Assembly (NCBI GenBank): GCA_040954595.2
Contig: CM082589.2
Span: 9,498,894 to 9,562,893 of the forward strand
Direction: 5' to 3'
From: Balanoglossus misakiensis
Taxonomy: Eukaryota > Animalia > Hemichordata
Length of the DNA: 64,000 nucleotides
The position numbers were made by a program, and so were the translations under genes. Below are positions 45,501 to 60,500 of this stretch, one piece after another. The stretch's first letter is position 1. Every line of letters starts with the position of its first letter. The notes beneath the pieces are model-generated. The model made no database searches. It saw only the letters and a program-made list of their open reading frames with translations, and was not told the DNA's origin.

Positions 45501-48500
45501 TCACAACAGAATTCGGTAAATAAACGAGGCTGTTTGGAAACAACCATGGAAATTTTACAACTATCCGTCGATCTACAGAGTCTGGTGGAAAAGTCTCTTA
45601 TGCGCATAGGCCTATTACGTGTTCTGCGCCTCACAACAGAATTCGGTAAATAAAAGAGGCTGTTTGGAAGCAACCATGGAAATTTTAGAACTATCCGTCG
45701 ATCTACAGAGTCTAGTGAAAAACGTTCTTATGCGCATAGGCCTATCTATGTATTATGCGCATCACAACAGAAATCGCTAAATAAACGAGGCTGTATTTGG
45801 AAGCAACCATGTAAATTTTACAACTATCCGTCGATCTACGGAGTCTAGTGGAAAACGTTCATATGCGCATAGGCCTATCTATGTGTTCTGCGCATCACAA
45901 CAGAATTTTGTAAACAAACGATGCTTTGTTTGGAAGCAACCATGGAAATTTTAGAACTATCCGTCGATCTACGGAGTCTAGTGGTAAAATTTCTTATGCG
46001 CATAGGCATATGTATGTATTCTACGCATCACAACAGAATTCGGTAAATAAACGAGGCTGTTTGGAAGCAACCATGGAAATTTTAGAACTATCCGTCGATC
46101 TACAGAGTCTACTGGAAAACGTTCTTATGCGCATAGGCCTATCTATGTATTATGCGCATCACAACAGAATTTTGTAAACAAACGAGGATGTGTTTGGAAG
46201 CAACCATGGAAATTTTAGAACTATCCGTCGATATACAGAGTCTAGTGGAAAACGTTCATATGCGCATAGGCCTCTCTATGTGTTCTGCGCATCACAACAG
46301 AATTTTGTAAACAAACGATGCTTTGTTTGGAAGCAACCATGGAAATTTTAGAACTATCCGTCGATCTACGGAGTCTAGTGGAAAAATTTCTTATGCGCAT
46401 AGGCATATGTATGTGTTCTACGCATCACAACAGAATTCGGTAAATAAACGAGGCTGTTTGGAAACAACCATGGAAATTTTACAACTATCCGTCGATCTAC
46501 AGAGTCTGGTGGAAAAGTCTCTTATGCGCATAGGCCTATTACGTGTTCTGCGCCTCACAACAGAATTCGGTAAATAAAAGAGGCTGTTTGGAAGCAACCA
46601 TGGAAATTTTAGAACTATCCGTCGATCTACAGAGTCTAGTGAAAAACGTTCTTATGCGCATAGGCCTATCTATGTATTATGCGCATCACAACAGAAATCG
46701 CTAAATAAACGAGGCTGTATTTGGAAGCAACCATGTAAATTTTACAACTATCCGTCGATCTACGGAGTCTAGTGGAAAAATTTCTTATGCGCATAGGCAT
46801 ATGTATGTGTTCTGCGTCTCACAACAGAATTCTGTAAATAAACGAGGCTGTTTGGAAGCAACCATGGAAATTTTAGAACTATCCGTCGATCTACAGAGTC
46901 TACTGGAAAACGTTCTTATGCGCATAGGCCTATCTATGTATTATGCGCATCACAACATAATTTTGTAAACAAACGAGGATGTGTTTGGAAGCAACCATGG
47001 AAATTTTAGAACTATCCGTCGATATACAGAGTCTAGTGGAAAACTTTCTTATGCGCATAGGCCTCTCTATGTGTTCTGCGCATCACAACAGAATTTTGTA
47101 AACAAACGATGCTTTGTTTGGAAGCAACCATGGAAATTTTAGAACTATCCGTCGATCTACGGAGTCTAGTGGAAAAATTTCTTATGCGCAAAGGCATATG
47201 TATGTGTTCTACGCATCACAACAGAATTCGGTAAATAAACGAGGCTGTTTGGAAACAACCATGGAAATTTTACAACTATCCGTCGATCTACAGAGTCTGA
47301 TGGAAAAGTTTCTTTTGCGCATAGGCCTATTACGTGTTCTGCGCCTCACAACAGAATTCGGTAAATAAACGAGGCTGTTTGGAAGCAACCATGGAAATTT
47401 TAGAACTATCCGTCGATCTACAGAGTATAGTGAAAAACGTTCTTATGCGCATAGGCCTATCTATGTATTATGCGCATCACAACAGAAATCGCTAAATAAA
47501 CGAGGCTGTATTTGGAAGCAACCATGTAAATTTTACAACTATCCGTCGATCTACGGAGTCTAGTGGAAAAATTTCTTATGCGCATAGGCATATGTATGTG
47601 TTCTGCGTCTCACAACAGAATTCTGTAAATAAACGAGGCTGTTTGGAAGCAACCATGGAAATTTTAGAACTATCCGTTGATCTACAGAGTATAGTGGAAA
47701 ACGTTCATATGCGCATAGGCCTCTCTATGTGTTCTGCGCATCACAACAGAATTTTGTAAACAAACGATGCTTTGTTTGGAAGCAACCATGGAAATTTTAG
47801 AACTATCCGTCGATCTACGGAGTCTAGTGGAAAAATTTCTTATGCGCATAGGCATATGTATGTGTTCTACGCATCACAACAGAATTCGGTAAATAAACGA
47901 GGCTGTTTGGAAACAACCATGGAAATTTTACAACTATCCGTCGATCTACAGAGTCTGGTGGAAAAGTCTCTTATGCGCATAGGCCTATTACGTGTTCTGC
48001 GCCTCACAACAGAATTCGGTAAATAAAAGAGGCTGTTTGGAAGCAACCATGGAAATTTTAGAACTATCCGTCGATCTACAGAGTCTAGTGAAAAACGTTC
48101 TTATGCGCATAGGCCTATCTATGTATTATGCGCATCACAACAGAAATCGCTAAATAAACGAGGCTGTATTTGGAAGCAACCATGTAAATTTTACAACTAT
48201 CCGTCGATCTACGGAGTCTAGTGGAAAAATTTCTTATGCGCATAGGCATATGTATGTGTTCTGCGTCTCACAACAGAATTCTGTAAATAAACGAGGCTGT
48301 TTGGAAGCAACCATGGAAATTTTAGAACTATCCGTTGATCTACAGAGTATAGTGGAAAACGTTCATATGCGCATAGGCCTATCTATGTGTTCTGCGCATC
48401 ACAACAGAATTTTGTAAACAAACGATGCTTTGTTTGGAAGCAACCATGGAAATTTTAGAACTATCCGTCGATCTACGGAGTCTAGTGGTAAAATTTCTTA

Positions 48501-51500
48501 TGCGCATAGGCATATGTATGTATTCTACGCATCACAACAGAATTCGGTAAATAAACGAGGCTGTTTGGAAGCAACCATGGAAATTTTAGAACTATCCGTC
48601 GATCTACAGAGTCTACTGGAAAACGTTCTTATGCGCATAGGCCTATCTATGTATTATGCGCATCACAACATAATTTTGTAAACAAACGAGGATGTGCTTG
48701 GAAGCAACCATGGAAATTTTAGAACTATCCGTCGATATACAGAGTCCAGTGGAAAACGTTCTTATGCGCATAGGCCTCTCTATTTGTTCTGCGCATCACA
48801 ACAGAATTTTGTATACAAACGATGCTTTGTTTGGAAGCAACCATGGAAATTTTAGAACTATCCGTCGATCTACGGAGTCTAGTGGAAAAATTTCTTATGC
48901 GCATAGGCATATGTATGTGTTCTACGCATCACAACAGAATTCGGTAAATAAACGAGGCTGTTTGGAAACAACCATGGAAATTTTACAACTGTCTGTCGAT
49001 CTACCGAGTCTGGTGGAAAAGTTTCTTATGCGCATAGGCCTATTACGTGTTCTGCGCCTCACAAGAGAATTCGGTAAATAAACGAGGCTGTTTGGAAGCA
49101 ACCATGGAAATTTTAGAACTATCCGTCGATCTACAGAGTCTAGTGGAAAACGTTCTTATGCGCATAGGCCTATCTATGTATTATGCGCATCACAACAGAA
49201 TTTTGTAAACAAACGAGGATGTGTTTGGAAGCAACCATGGAAATTTTAGAACTATCCGTCGATATACAGAGTCTAGTGGAAAACGTTCATATGCGCATAG
49301 GCCTCTCTATGTGTTCTGCGCATCACAACAGAATTTTGTATACAAACGATGCTTTGTTTGGAAGCAACCATGGAAATTTTAGAACTATCCGTCGATCTAC
49401 GGAGTCTAGTGGAAAAATTTCTTATGCGCATAGGCATATGTATGTGTTCTACGCATCACAACAGAATTCGGTAAATAAACGAGGCTGTTTGGAAACAACC
49501 ATGGAAATTTTACAACTGTCTGTCGATCTACCGAGTCTGGTGGAAAAGTTTCTTATGCGCATAGGCCTATTACGTGTTCTGCGCCTCACAAGAGAATTCG
49601 GTAAATAAACGAGGCTGTTTGGAAGCAACCATGGAAATTTTAGAACTATCCGTCGATCTACAGAGTCTAGTGGAAAACGTTCTTATGCGCATAGGCCTAT
49701 CTATGTATTATGCGCATCACAACAGAATTTTGTAAACAAACGAGGATGTGTTTGGAAGCAACCATGGAAATTTTAGAACTATCCGTCGATATACAGAGTC
49801 TAGTGGAAAACGTTCATATGCGCATAGGCCTCTCTATGTGTTCTGCGCATCACAACAGAATTTTGTAAACAAACGATGCTTTGTTTGGAAGCAACCATGG
49901 AAATTTTAGAACTATCCGTCGATCTACGGAGTCTAGTGGAAAAATTTCTTATGCGCATAGGCATATGTATGTGTTCTACGCATCACAACAGAATTCGGTA
50001 AATAAACGAGGCTGTTTGGAAACAACCATGGAAATTTTACAACTATCCGTCGATCTACAGAGTCTGGTGGAAAAGTCTCTTATGCGCATAGGCCCATTAC
50101 GTGTTCTGCGCCTCACAACAGAATTCGGTAAATAAAAGAGGCTGTTTGGAAGCAACCATGGAAATTTTAGAACTATCCGTCGATCTACAGAGTCTAGTGA
50201 AAAACGTTCTTATGCGCATAGGCCTATCTATGTATTATGCGCATCACAACAGAAATCGCTAAATAAACGAGGCTGTATTTGGAAGCAACCATGTAAATTT
50301 TACAACTATCCGTCGATCTACGGAGTCTAGTGGAAAAATTTCTTATGCGCATAGGCATATGTATGTGTTCTGCGTCTCACAACAGAATTCTGTAAATAAA
50401 CGAGGCTGTTTGGAAGCAACCATGGAAATTTTAGAACTATCCGTCGATCTACAGAGTCTAGTGGAAAACGTTCTTATGCGCATAGGCCTATCTATGTATT
50501 ATGCGCATCACAACAGAATTTTGTAAACAAATGAGGATGTGTTTGGAAGCAACCATGGAAATTTTAGAACTATCCGTCGATATACAGAGTCTAGTGGAAA
50601 ACGTTCATATGCGCATAGGCCTCTCTATGTGTTCTGCGCATCACAACAGAATTTTGTAAACAAACGATGCTTTGTTTGGAAGCAACCATGGAAATTTTAG
50701 AACTATCCGTCGATCTACGGAGTCTAGTGGAAAAATTTCTTATGCGCATAGGCATATGTATGTGTTCTACGCATCACAACAGAATTCGGTAAATAAACGA
50801 GGCTGTTTGGAAACAACCATGGAAATTTTACAACTATCCGTCGATCTACAGAGTCTGGTGGAAAAGTCTCTTATGCGCATAGGCCTATTACGTGTTCTGC
50901 GCCTCACAACAGAATTCGGTAAATAAAAGAGGCTGTTTGGAAGCAACCATGGAAATTTTAGAACTATCCGTCGATCTACAGAGTCTAGTGAAAAACGTTC
51001 TTATGCGCATAGGCCTATCTATGTATTATGCGCATCACAACAGAAATCGCTAAATAAACGAGGCTGTATTTGGAAGCAACCATGTAAATTTTACAACTAT
51101 CCGTCGATCTACGGAGTCTAGTGGAAAAATTTCTTATGCGCATAGGCATATGTATGTGTTCTGCGTCTCACAACAGAATTCTGTAAATAAACGAGGCTGT
51201 TTGGAAGCAACCATGGAAATTTTAGAACTATCCGTCGATCTACAGAGTCTACTGGAAAACGTTCTTATGCGCATAGGCCTATCTATGTATTATGCGCATC
51301 ACAACATAATTTTGTAAACAAACGAGGATGTGTTTGGAAGCAACCATGGAAATTTTAGAACTATCCGTCGATATACAGAGTCTAGTGGAAAACTTTCTTA
51401 TGCGCATAGGCCTCTCTATGTGTTCTGCGCATCACAACAGAATTTTGTAAACAAACGATGCTTTGTTTGGAAGCAACCATGGAAATTTTAGAACTATCCG

Positions 51501-54500
51501 TCGATCTACGGAGTCTAGTGGAAAAATTTCTTATGCGCAAAGGCATATGTATGTGTTCTACGCATCACAACAGAATTCGGTAAATAAACGAGGCTGTTTG
51601 GAAACAACCATGGAAATTTTACAACTATCCGTCGATCTACAGAGTCTGATGGAAAAGTTTCTTTTGCGCATAGGCCTATTACGTGTTCTGCGCCTCACAA
51701 CAGAATTCGGTAAATAAACGAGGCTGTTTGGAAGCAACCATGGAAATTTTAGAACTATCCGTCGATCTACAGAGTATAGTGAAAAACGTTCTTATGCGCA
51801 TAGGCCTATCTATGTATTATGCGCATCACAACAGAAATCGCTAAATAAACGAGGCTGTATTTGGAAGCAACCATGTAAATTTTACAACTATCCGTCGATC
51901 TACGGAGTCTAGTGGAAAAATTTCTTATGCGCATAGGCATATGTATGTGTTCTGCGTCTCACAACAGAATTCTGTAAATAAACGAGGCTGTTTGGAAGCA
52001 ACCATGGAAATTTTAGAACTATCCGTTGATCTACAGAGTATAGTGGAAAACGTTCATATGCGCATAGGCCTATCTATGTGTTCTGCGCATCACAACAGAA
52101 TTTTGTAAACAAACGATGCTTTGTTTGGAAGCAACCATGGAAATTTTAGAACTATCCGTCGATCTACGGAGTCTAGTGGTAAAATTTCTTATGCGCATAG
52201 GCATATGTATGTATTCTACGCATCACAACAGAATTCGGTAAATAAACGAGGCTGTTTGGAAGCAACCATGGAAATTTTAGAACTATCCGTCGATCTACAG
52301 AGTCTACTGGAAAACGTTCTTATGCGCATAGGCCTATCTATGTATTATGCGCATCACAACATAATTTTGTAAACAAACGAGGATGTGCTTGGAAGCAACC
52401 ATGGAAATTTTAGAACTATCCGTCGATATACAGAGTCCAGTGGAAAACGTTCTTATGCGCATAGGCCTCTCTATTTGTTCTGCGCATCACAACAGAATTT
52501 TGTATACAAACGATGCTTTGTTTGGAAGCAACCATGGAAATTTTAGAACTATCCGTCGATCTACGGAGTCTAGTGGAAAAATTTCTTATGCGCATAGGCA
52601 TATGTATGTGTTCTACGCATCACAACAGAATTCGGTAAATAAACGAGGCTGTTTGGAAACAACCATGGAAATTTTACAACTGTCTGTCGATCTACCGAGT
52701 CTGGTGGAAAAGTTTCTTATGCGCATAGGCCTATTACGTGTTCTGCGCCTCACAAGAGAATTCGGTAAATAAACGAGGCTGTTTGGAAGCAACCATGGAA
52801 ATTTTAGAACTATCCGTCGATCTACAGAGTCTAGTGGAAAACGTTCTTATGCGCATAGGCCTATCTATGTATTATGCGCATCACAACAGAATTTTGTAAA
52901 CAAACGAGGATGTGTTTGGAAGCAACCATGGAAATTTTAGAACTATCCGTCGATATACAGAGTCTAGTGGAAAACGTTCATATGCGCATAGGCCTCTCTA
53001 TGTGTTCTGCGCATCACAACAGAATTTTGTATACAAACGATGCTTTGTTTGGAAGCAACCATGGAAATTTTAGAACTATCCGTCGATCTACGGAGTCTAG
53101 TGGAAAAATTTCTTATGCGCATAGGCATATGTATGTGTTCTACGCATCACAACAGAATTCGGTAAATAAACGAGGCTGTTTGGAAACAACCATGGAAATT
53201 TTACAACTGTCTGTCGATCTACCGAGTCTGGTGGAAAAGTTTCTTATGCGCATAGGCCTATTACGTGTTCTGCGCCTCACAAGAGAATTCGGTAAATAAA
53301 CGAGGCTGTTTGGAAGCAACCATGGAAATTTTAGAACTATCCGTCGATCTACAGAGTCTAGTGGAAAACGTTCTTATGCGCATAGGCCTATCTATGTATT
53401 ATGCGCATCACAACAGAATTTTGTAAACAAACGAGGATGTGTTTGGAAGCAACCATGGAAATTTTAGAACTATCCGTCGATATACAGAGTCTAGTGGAAA
53501 ACGTTCATATGCGCATAGGCCTCTCTATGTGTTCTGCGCATCACAACAGAATTTTGTAAACAAACGATGCTTTGTTTGGAAGCAACCATGGAAATTTTAG
53601 AACTATCCGTCGATCTACGGAGTCTAGTGGAAAAATTTCTTATGCGCATAGGCATATGTATGTGTTCTACGCATCACAACAGAATTCGGTAAATAAACGA
53701 GGCTGTTTGGAAACAACCATGGAAATTTTACAACTATCCGTCGATCTACAGAGTCTGGTGGAAAAGTCTCTTATGCGCATAGGCCTATTACGTGTTCTGC
53801 GCCTCACAACAGAATTCGGTAAATAAAAGAGGCTGTTTGGAAGCAACCATGGAAATTTTAGAACTATCCGTCGATCTACAGAGTCTAGTGAAAAACGTTC
53901 TTATGCGCATAGGCCTATCTATGTATTATGCGCATCACAACAGAAATCGCTAAATAAACGAGGCTGTATTTGGAAGCAACCATGTAAATTTTACAACTAT
54001 CCGTCGATCTACGGAGTCTAGTGGAAAAATTTCTTATGCGCATAGGCATATGTATGTGTTCTGCGTCTCACAACAGAATTCTGTAAATAAACGAGGCTGT
54101 TTGGAAGCAACCATGGAAATTTTAGAACTATCCGTCGATCTACAGAGTCTAGTGGAAAACGTTCTTATGCGCATAGGCCTATCTATGTATTATGCGCATC
54201 ACAACAGAATTTTGTAAACAAACGAGGATGTGTTTGGAAGCAACCATGGAAATTTTAGAACTATCCGTCGATATACAGAGTCTAGTGGAAAACGTTCATA
54301 TGCGCATAGGCCTCTCTATGTGTTCTGCGCATCACAACAGAATTTTGTAAACAAACGATGCTTTGTTTGGAAGCAACCATGGAAATTTTAGAACTATCCG
54401 TCGATCTACGGAGTCTAGTGGAAAAATTTCTTATGCGCATAGGCATATGTATGTGTTCTACGCATCACAACAGAATTCGGTAAATAAACGAGGCTGTTTG

Positions 54501-57500
54501 GAAACAACCATGGAAATTTTACAACTATCCGTCGATCTACAGAGTCTGGTGGAAAAGTCTCTTATGCGCATAGGCCTATTACGTGTTCTGCGCCTCACAA
54601 CAGAATTCGGTAAATAAAAGAGGCTGTTTGGAAGCAACCATGGAAATTTTAGAACTATCCGTCGATCTACAGAGTCTAGTGAAAAACGTTCTTATGCGCA
54701 TAGGCCTATCTATGTATTATGCGCATCACAACAGAAATCGCTAAATAAACGAGGCTGTATTTGGAAGCAACCATGTAAATTTTACAACTATCCGTCGATC
54801 TACGGAGTCTAGTGGAAAAATTTCTTATGCGCATAGGCATATGTATGTGTTCTGCGTCTCACAACAGAATTCTGTAAATAAACGAGGCTGTTTGGAAGCA
54901 ACCATGGAAATTTTAGAACTATCCGTCGATCTACAGAGTCTAGTGGAAAACGTTCTTATGCGCATAGGCCTATCTATGTATTATGCGCATCACAACAGAA
55001 TTTTGTAAACAAACGATGTTTTGTTTGGAAGCAACCATGGAAATTTTAGAACTATCCGTCGATCTACGGAGTCTAGTGGAAAAATTTCTTATGCGCATAG
55101 GCATATGTATGTGTTCTACGCATCACAACAGAATTCGGTAAATAAACGAGGCTGTTTGGAAACAACCATGGAAATTTTACAACTATCCGTCGATCTACAG
55201 AGTCTGGTGGAAAAGTCTCTTATGCGCATAGGCCTATTACGTGTTCTGCGCCTCACAACAGAATTCGGTAAATAAAAGAGGCTGTTTGGAAGCAACCATG
55301 GAAATTTTAGAACTATCCGTCGATCTACAGAGTCTAGTGAAAAACGTTCTTATGCGCATAGGCCTATCTATGTATTATGCGCATCACAACAGAAATCGCT
55401 AAATAAACGAGGCTGTATTTGGAAGCAACCATGTAAATTTTACAACTATCCGTCGATCTACGGAGTCTAGTGGAAACGTTCTTATGCGCATAGGCCTATC
55501 TATGTGTTCTGCGCATCACAACAGAATTTTGTAAACAAACGATGCTTTGTTTGGAAGCAACCATGGAAATTTTAGAACTATCCGTCGATCTACGGAGTCT
55601 AGTGGTAAAATTTCTTATGCGCATAGGCCTCTCTATGTGTTCTGCGCATCACAACAGAATTTTGTAAACAAACGATGCTTTGTTTGGAAGCAACCATGGA
55701 AATTTTAGAACTATCCGTCGATCTACAGAGTCTACTGGAAAACGTTCTTATGCGCATAGGCCTATCTATGTATTATGCGCATCACAACATAATTTTGTAA
55801 ACAAACGAGGATGTGTTTGGAAGCAACCATGGAAATTTTAGAACTATCCGTCGATATACAGAGTCTAGTGGAAAACTTTCTTATGCGCATAGGCCTCTCT
55901 ATGTGTTCTGCGCATCACAACAGAATTTTGTAAACAAACGATGCTTTGTTTGGAAGCAACCATGGAAATTTTAGAACTATCCGTCGATCTACGGAGTCTA
56001 GTGGAAAAATTTCTTATGCGCAAAGGCATATGTATGTGTTCTACGCATCACAACAGAATTCGGTAAATAAACGAGGCTGTTTGGAAACAACCATGGAAAT
56101 TTTACAACTATCCGTCGATCTACAGAGTCTGGTGGAAAAGTTTCTTTTGCGCATAGGCCTATTACGTGTTCTGCGCCTCACAACAGAATTCGGTAAATAA
56201 ACGAGGCTGTTTGGAAGCAACCATGGAAATTTTAGAACTATCCGTCGATCTACAGAGTCTAGTCGAAAACGTTCTTATGCGCATAGGCCTATCTATGTAT
56301 TATGCGCATCACAACAGAAACCGCTAAATAAACGAGGCTGTATTTGGAAGCAACCATGTAAATTTTACAACTATCCGTCGATCTACAGAGTCTGGTGGAA
56401 AACTTTCTTATGCGCATAGGCCTATTACGTGTTCTGCGCCTCACAACAGAATTCGGTAAATAAACGAGGCTGTTTGGAAGCAACCATGGAAATTTTAGAA
56501 CTATCCGTCGATCTACAGAGTCTAGTCGAAAACGTTCTTATGCGCATAGGCCTATCTATGTATTATGCGCATCACAACAGAAACCGCTAAATAAACGAGG
56601 CTGTATTTGGAAGCAACCATGTAAATTTTACAACTATCCGTCGATCTACAGAGTCTGGTGGAAAACTTTCTTATGCGCATAGGCCTATTACGTGTTCTGC
56701 GCCTAACAACAGAATTCGGTAAATAAACGAGGCTGTTTGGAAGCAACCATGGAAATTTTAGAACTATCCGTCGATCTACAGAGTCTAATGGAAAAATGTC
56801 TTATGCGCATAGGCCTATCATGTGTTCTGCGCCTCACAACAGAATTCCGTAAATAAACGAGGCTGTTTGGAAGCAACCGTGGAAATTTTAGAACTATCTC
56901 TCGATCTACAGAGTATAGTGGAAAACTTTCATATGCGCATAGGCCTATCTATGTGTTATGCGCCTCACAACAGAATTCCGTAAATAAACGAGGCTGTTTG
57001 GAAGCAAACATGGAAATTTTAGAACTATCTGTCGATCTACAGAGTATAGTGGAAAACGTTCATATGCGCATAGGCCTATCTATGTGTTATGCGCATCACA
57101 ACAGAATTTTGTAAACAAACGAAGCGGAGTTTGGAAGCAACCATGGAAATTTTAGAACTATCTCTCGATCTACAGAGTATAGTGGAAAACGTTCATTTGC
57201 GCATAGGCCTATCTATGTGTTCTGCGCGTCACAACAGAATTTTGTAAACAAACGATGCTTTGTTTGGAAGCAACCATGGAAATTTAAGAACTATCCATCG
57301 ATCTACAGAGTCTATAGTGGAAAACTTTCTTATGCACATATGCCTATCTATGTGTTCTGGCTCTCAAAACAGAATTCCGTAAATAAAAGAGGCTGTTTGG
57401 AAGCAAACATGGAAATTCAAGAACTATCTCTCGATCTACAGAGTATAGTGGAAAACGTTCATATGCGCATAGGCCTATCATGTGTTATGCACATCACAAC

Positions 57501-60500
57501 AGAATTTTGTAAACAAACGAGGCTTTGTTTGGAAGCAACAATGGAAATTTTAGAACTATCTGTCGATCTACTGAGTATAGTGGAAAACGTTCATATGCGC
57601 ATAGGCCTATATATGTGTTCTGCGCATCACAACAGAATTTTGTAAACAATCGAGGATGTGTTTGGAAGCAACAATGGAAATTTTAGAACTATCCGTCGAT
57701 CTACGGAGTATAGTGGAAAACGTTCATATGCGCATAGGCCTATATATGTGTTCTGCGCATCACAACAGAATTTTGTAAACAAACGAGGCTTTGTTTGGAA
57801 GCAACAATGGAAATTTTAGAACTATCTCTCGATCTACAGAGTATAGTGGAAAACGTTCTTATGCGCATAGGCCTCTCTATGTGTTCTGCGCATCACAACA
57901 GAATTTTGTAAACAAACGATGCTTTGTTTGGAAGCAACCATGGAAATTTTAGAACTATCCGTCGATCTACGGAGTCTAGTGGAAAAATTTCTTATGCGCA
58001 TAGGCATATGTATGTGTTCTACGCATCACAACAGAATTCGGTAAATAAACGAGGCTGTTTGGAAACAACCATGGAAATTTTACAACTATCCGTCGATCTA
58101 CAGAGTCTGGTGGAAAAGTTTCTTATGCGCATAGGCCTATTACGTGTTCTGCGCCTCACAACAGAATTCGGTAAATAAACGAGGCTGTTTGGAAGCAACC
58201 ATGGAAATTTTAGAACTATCCGTCGATCTACAGAGTCTAGTGGAAAACGTTCTTATGCGCATAGGCCTATCTATGTATTATGCGCATCACAACATAATTT
58301 TGTAAACAAACGAGGATGTGTTTGGAAGCAACCATGGAAATTTTAGAACTATCCGTCGATATACAGAGACTAGTGGAAAACGTTCTTATGCGCATAGGCC
58401 TCTCTATGTGTTCTGCGCATCACAACAGAATTTTGTAAACAAACGATGCTTTGTTTGGAAGCAACCATGGAAATTTTAGAACTATCCGTCGATCTACGGA
58501 GTCTAGTGGAAAAATTTCTTATGCGCATAGGCATATGTATGTGTTCTACGCATCACAACAGAATTTGGTAAATAAACGAGGCTGTTTGGAAGCAACCATG
58601 GAAATTTTAGAACTATCCGTCGATCTACAGAGTCTAGTGGAAAACGTTCTTATGCGCATAGGCCTATCTATGTATTATGCGCATCACAACAGAAATCGCT
58701 AAATAAACGAGGCTGTATTTGGAAGCAACCATGTAAATTTTACAACTATCCGTCGATCTACAGAGTCTGGTGGAAAACTTTCTTATGCGCACAGGCCTAT
58801 TACGTGTTCTGCGCCTAACAACAGAATTCGGTAAATAAACGAGGCTGTTTGGAAGCAACCATGGAAATTTAAGAACTATCCGTCGATCTACAGAGACTAT
58901 AGTGGAAAAATGTTTTATGCGCATAGGCCTATCATGTGTTATGCACATCACAACAGAATTTTGTAAAGAAACGAGGCTTTGTTTGGAAGCAACAATTGAA
59001 ATTTTAGAACTATCTCTCGATCTACGGAGTATAGTGGAAAACGTTCATATGCGCATAGGCCTATCTATGTGTTCTGAGCATCACAACAGAATTTTGTAAA
59101 CAATCGAGGATGTGTTTGGAAGCAATCATGGAAATTTTAGAACAATCCGTCGATCTACAGAGTCTAGTGGGAAACTTTCTTATGCGCATAGGCATATGTA
59201 TGTGTTCAGCGCATCACAACAGAATTTTGTAAATGAACGAGGCTGTGTTTGGAAACAACCATGGAAATTTTAGAACTTTCTCTCGATCTACAGAGTCTAG
59301 TGGAAAACGTTCTTATGCGCATAGGCGTATCTATGTGTTATGCGCATCACAACAGAAATCGGTAAATAAACGAGGCTGTATTTGGAAGCAACCATGTAAA
59401 TTTTACAACTATCCGTCGATCTACAGAGTTTGGTGGAAAACTTTCTTATGCGCATAGGCCTATTACGTGTTCTGCGCCTAACAACAGAATTCGGTAAATA
59501 AACGAGGCTGTTTGGAAACAACCATGGAAATTTTAGAACTATCCGTCGATCTACAGAGTCTAGTGGAAAAACGTTCATGTGCGCATAGGCCTATCATGTG
59601 TTATGCACATCACAACAAAATTTTGTAAACAAACGAGGCTTTGTTTGGAAGCAACAATGGAAATTTTAGAACTATCTGTCGATCTACGGAGTATAGTGGA
59701 AAACGTTCATATGCGCATAGGCCTATATATGTGTTCTGCGCATCACAACAGAATTTTGTAAACAATCGAGGATGTGTTTGGAAGCAATCATGGAAATTTT
59801 AGAACTATCCGTCGATCTACAGAGTCTATAGTGGAAAACTTTCTTATGCACATATGCCTATCTATGTGTTCTGCGCCTCAAAACAGAATTCCGTAAATAA
59901 ACGAGGCTGTTTGGAAGCAAACATGGAAATTCTAGAACTATCTCTCGATCTACAGAGTCTAGTGGAAAACGTTCATATATGCGCATAGGCCTATCATGTG
60001 TTATGCACATCACAACAGAATTTTGTAAACAAACGAGGCTTTGTTTGGAAGCAACAATGGAAATTTTAGAACTATCTGTCGATCTACGGAGTATAGTGGA
60101 AAACGTTCATATGCGCATAGGCCTATATATGTGTTCTGCGCATCACAACAGAATTTTGTAAACAATCGAGGCTTTGTTTGGAAGCAACAATGGAAATTTT
60201 AGAACTATCTGTCGATCTACGGAGTATAGTGGAAAACGTTCATATGCGCATAGGCCTATATATGTGTTCTGCGCATCACAACAGAATTTTGTAAACAAAC
60301 GAGGCTTTGTTTGGAAGCAACAATGGAAATTTTAGAACTATCTCTCGATCTACAGAGTATAGTGGAAAACGTTCTTATGCGCATAGGCCTATCATGTGTT
60401 ATGCACATCACAACAGAATTTTGTAAACAATCGAGGATGTGTTTGGAAGCAATCATGGAAATTTTAGAACTATCCGTCGATCTACAGAGTCTAGTGGGAA

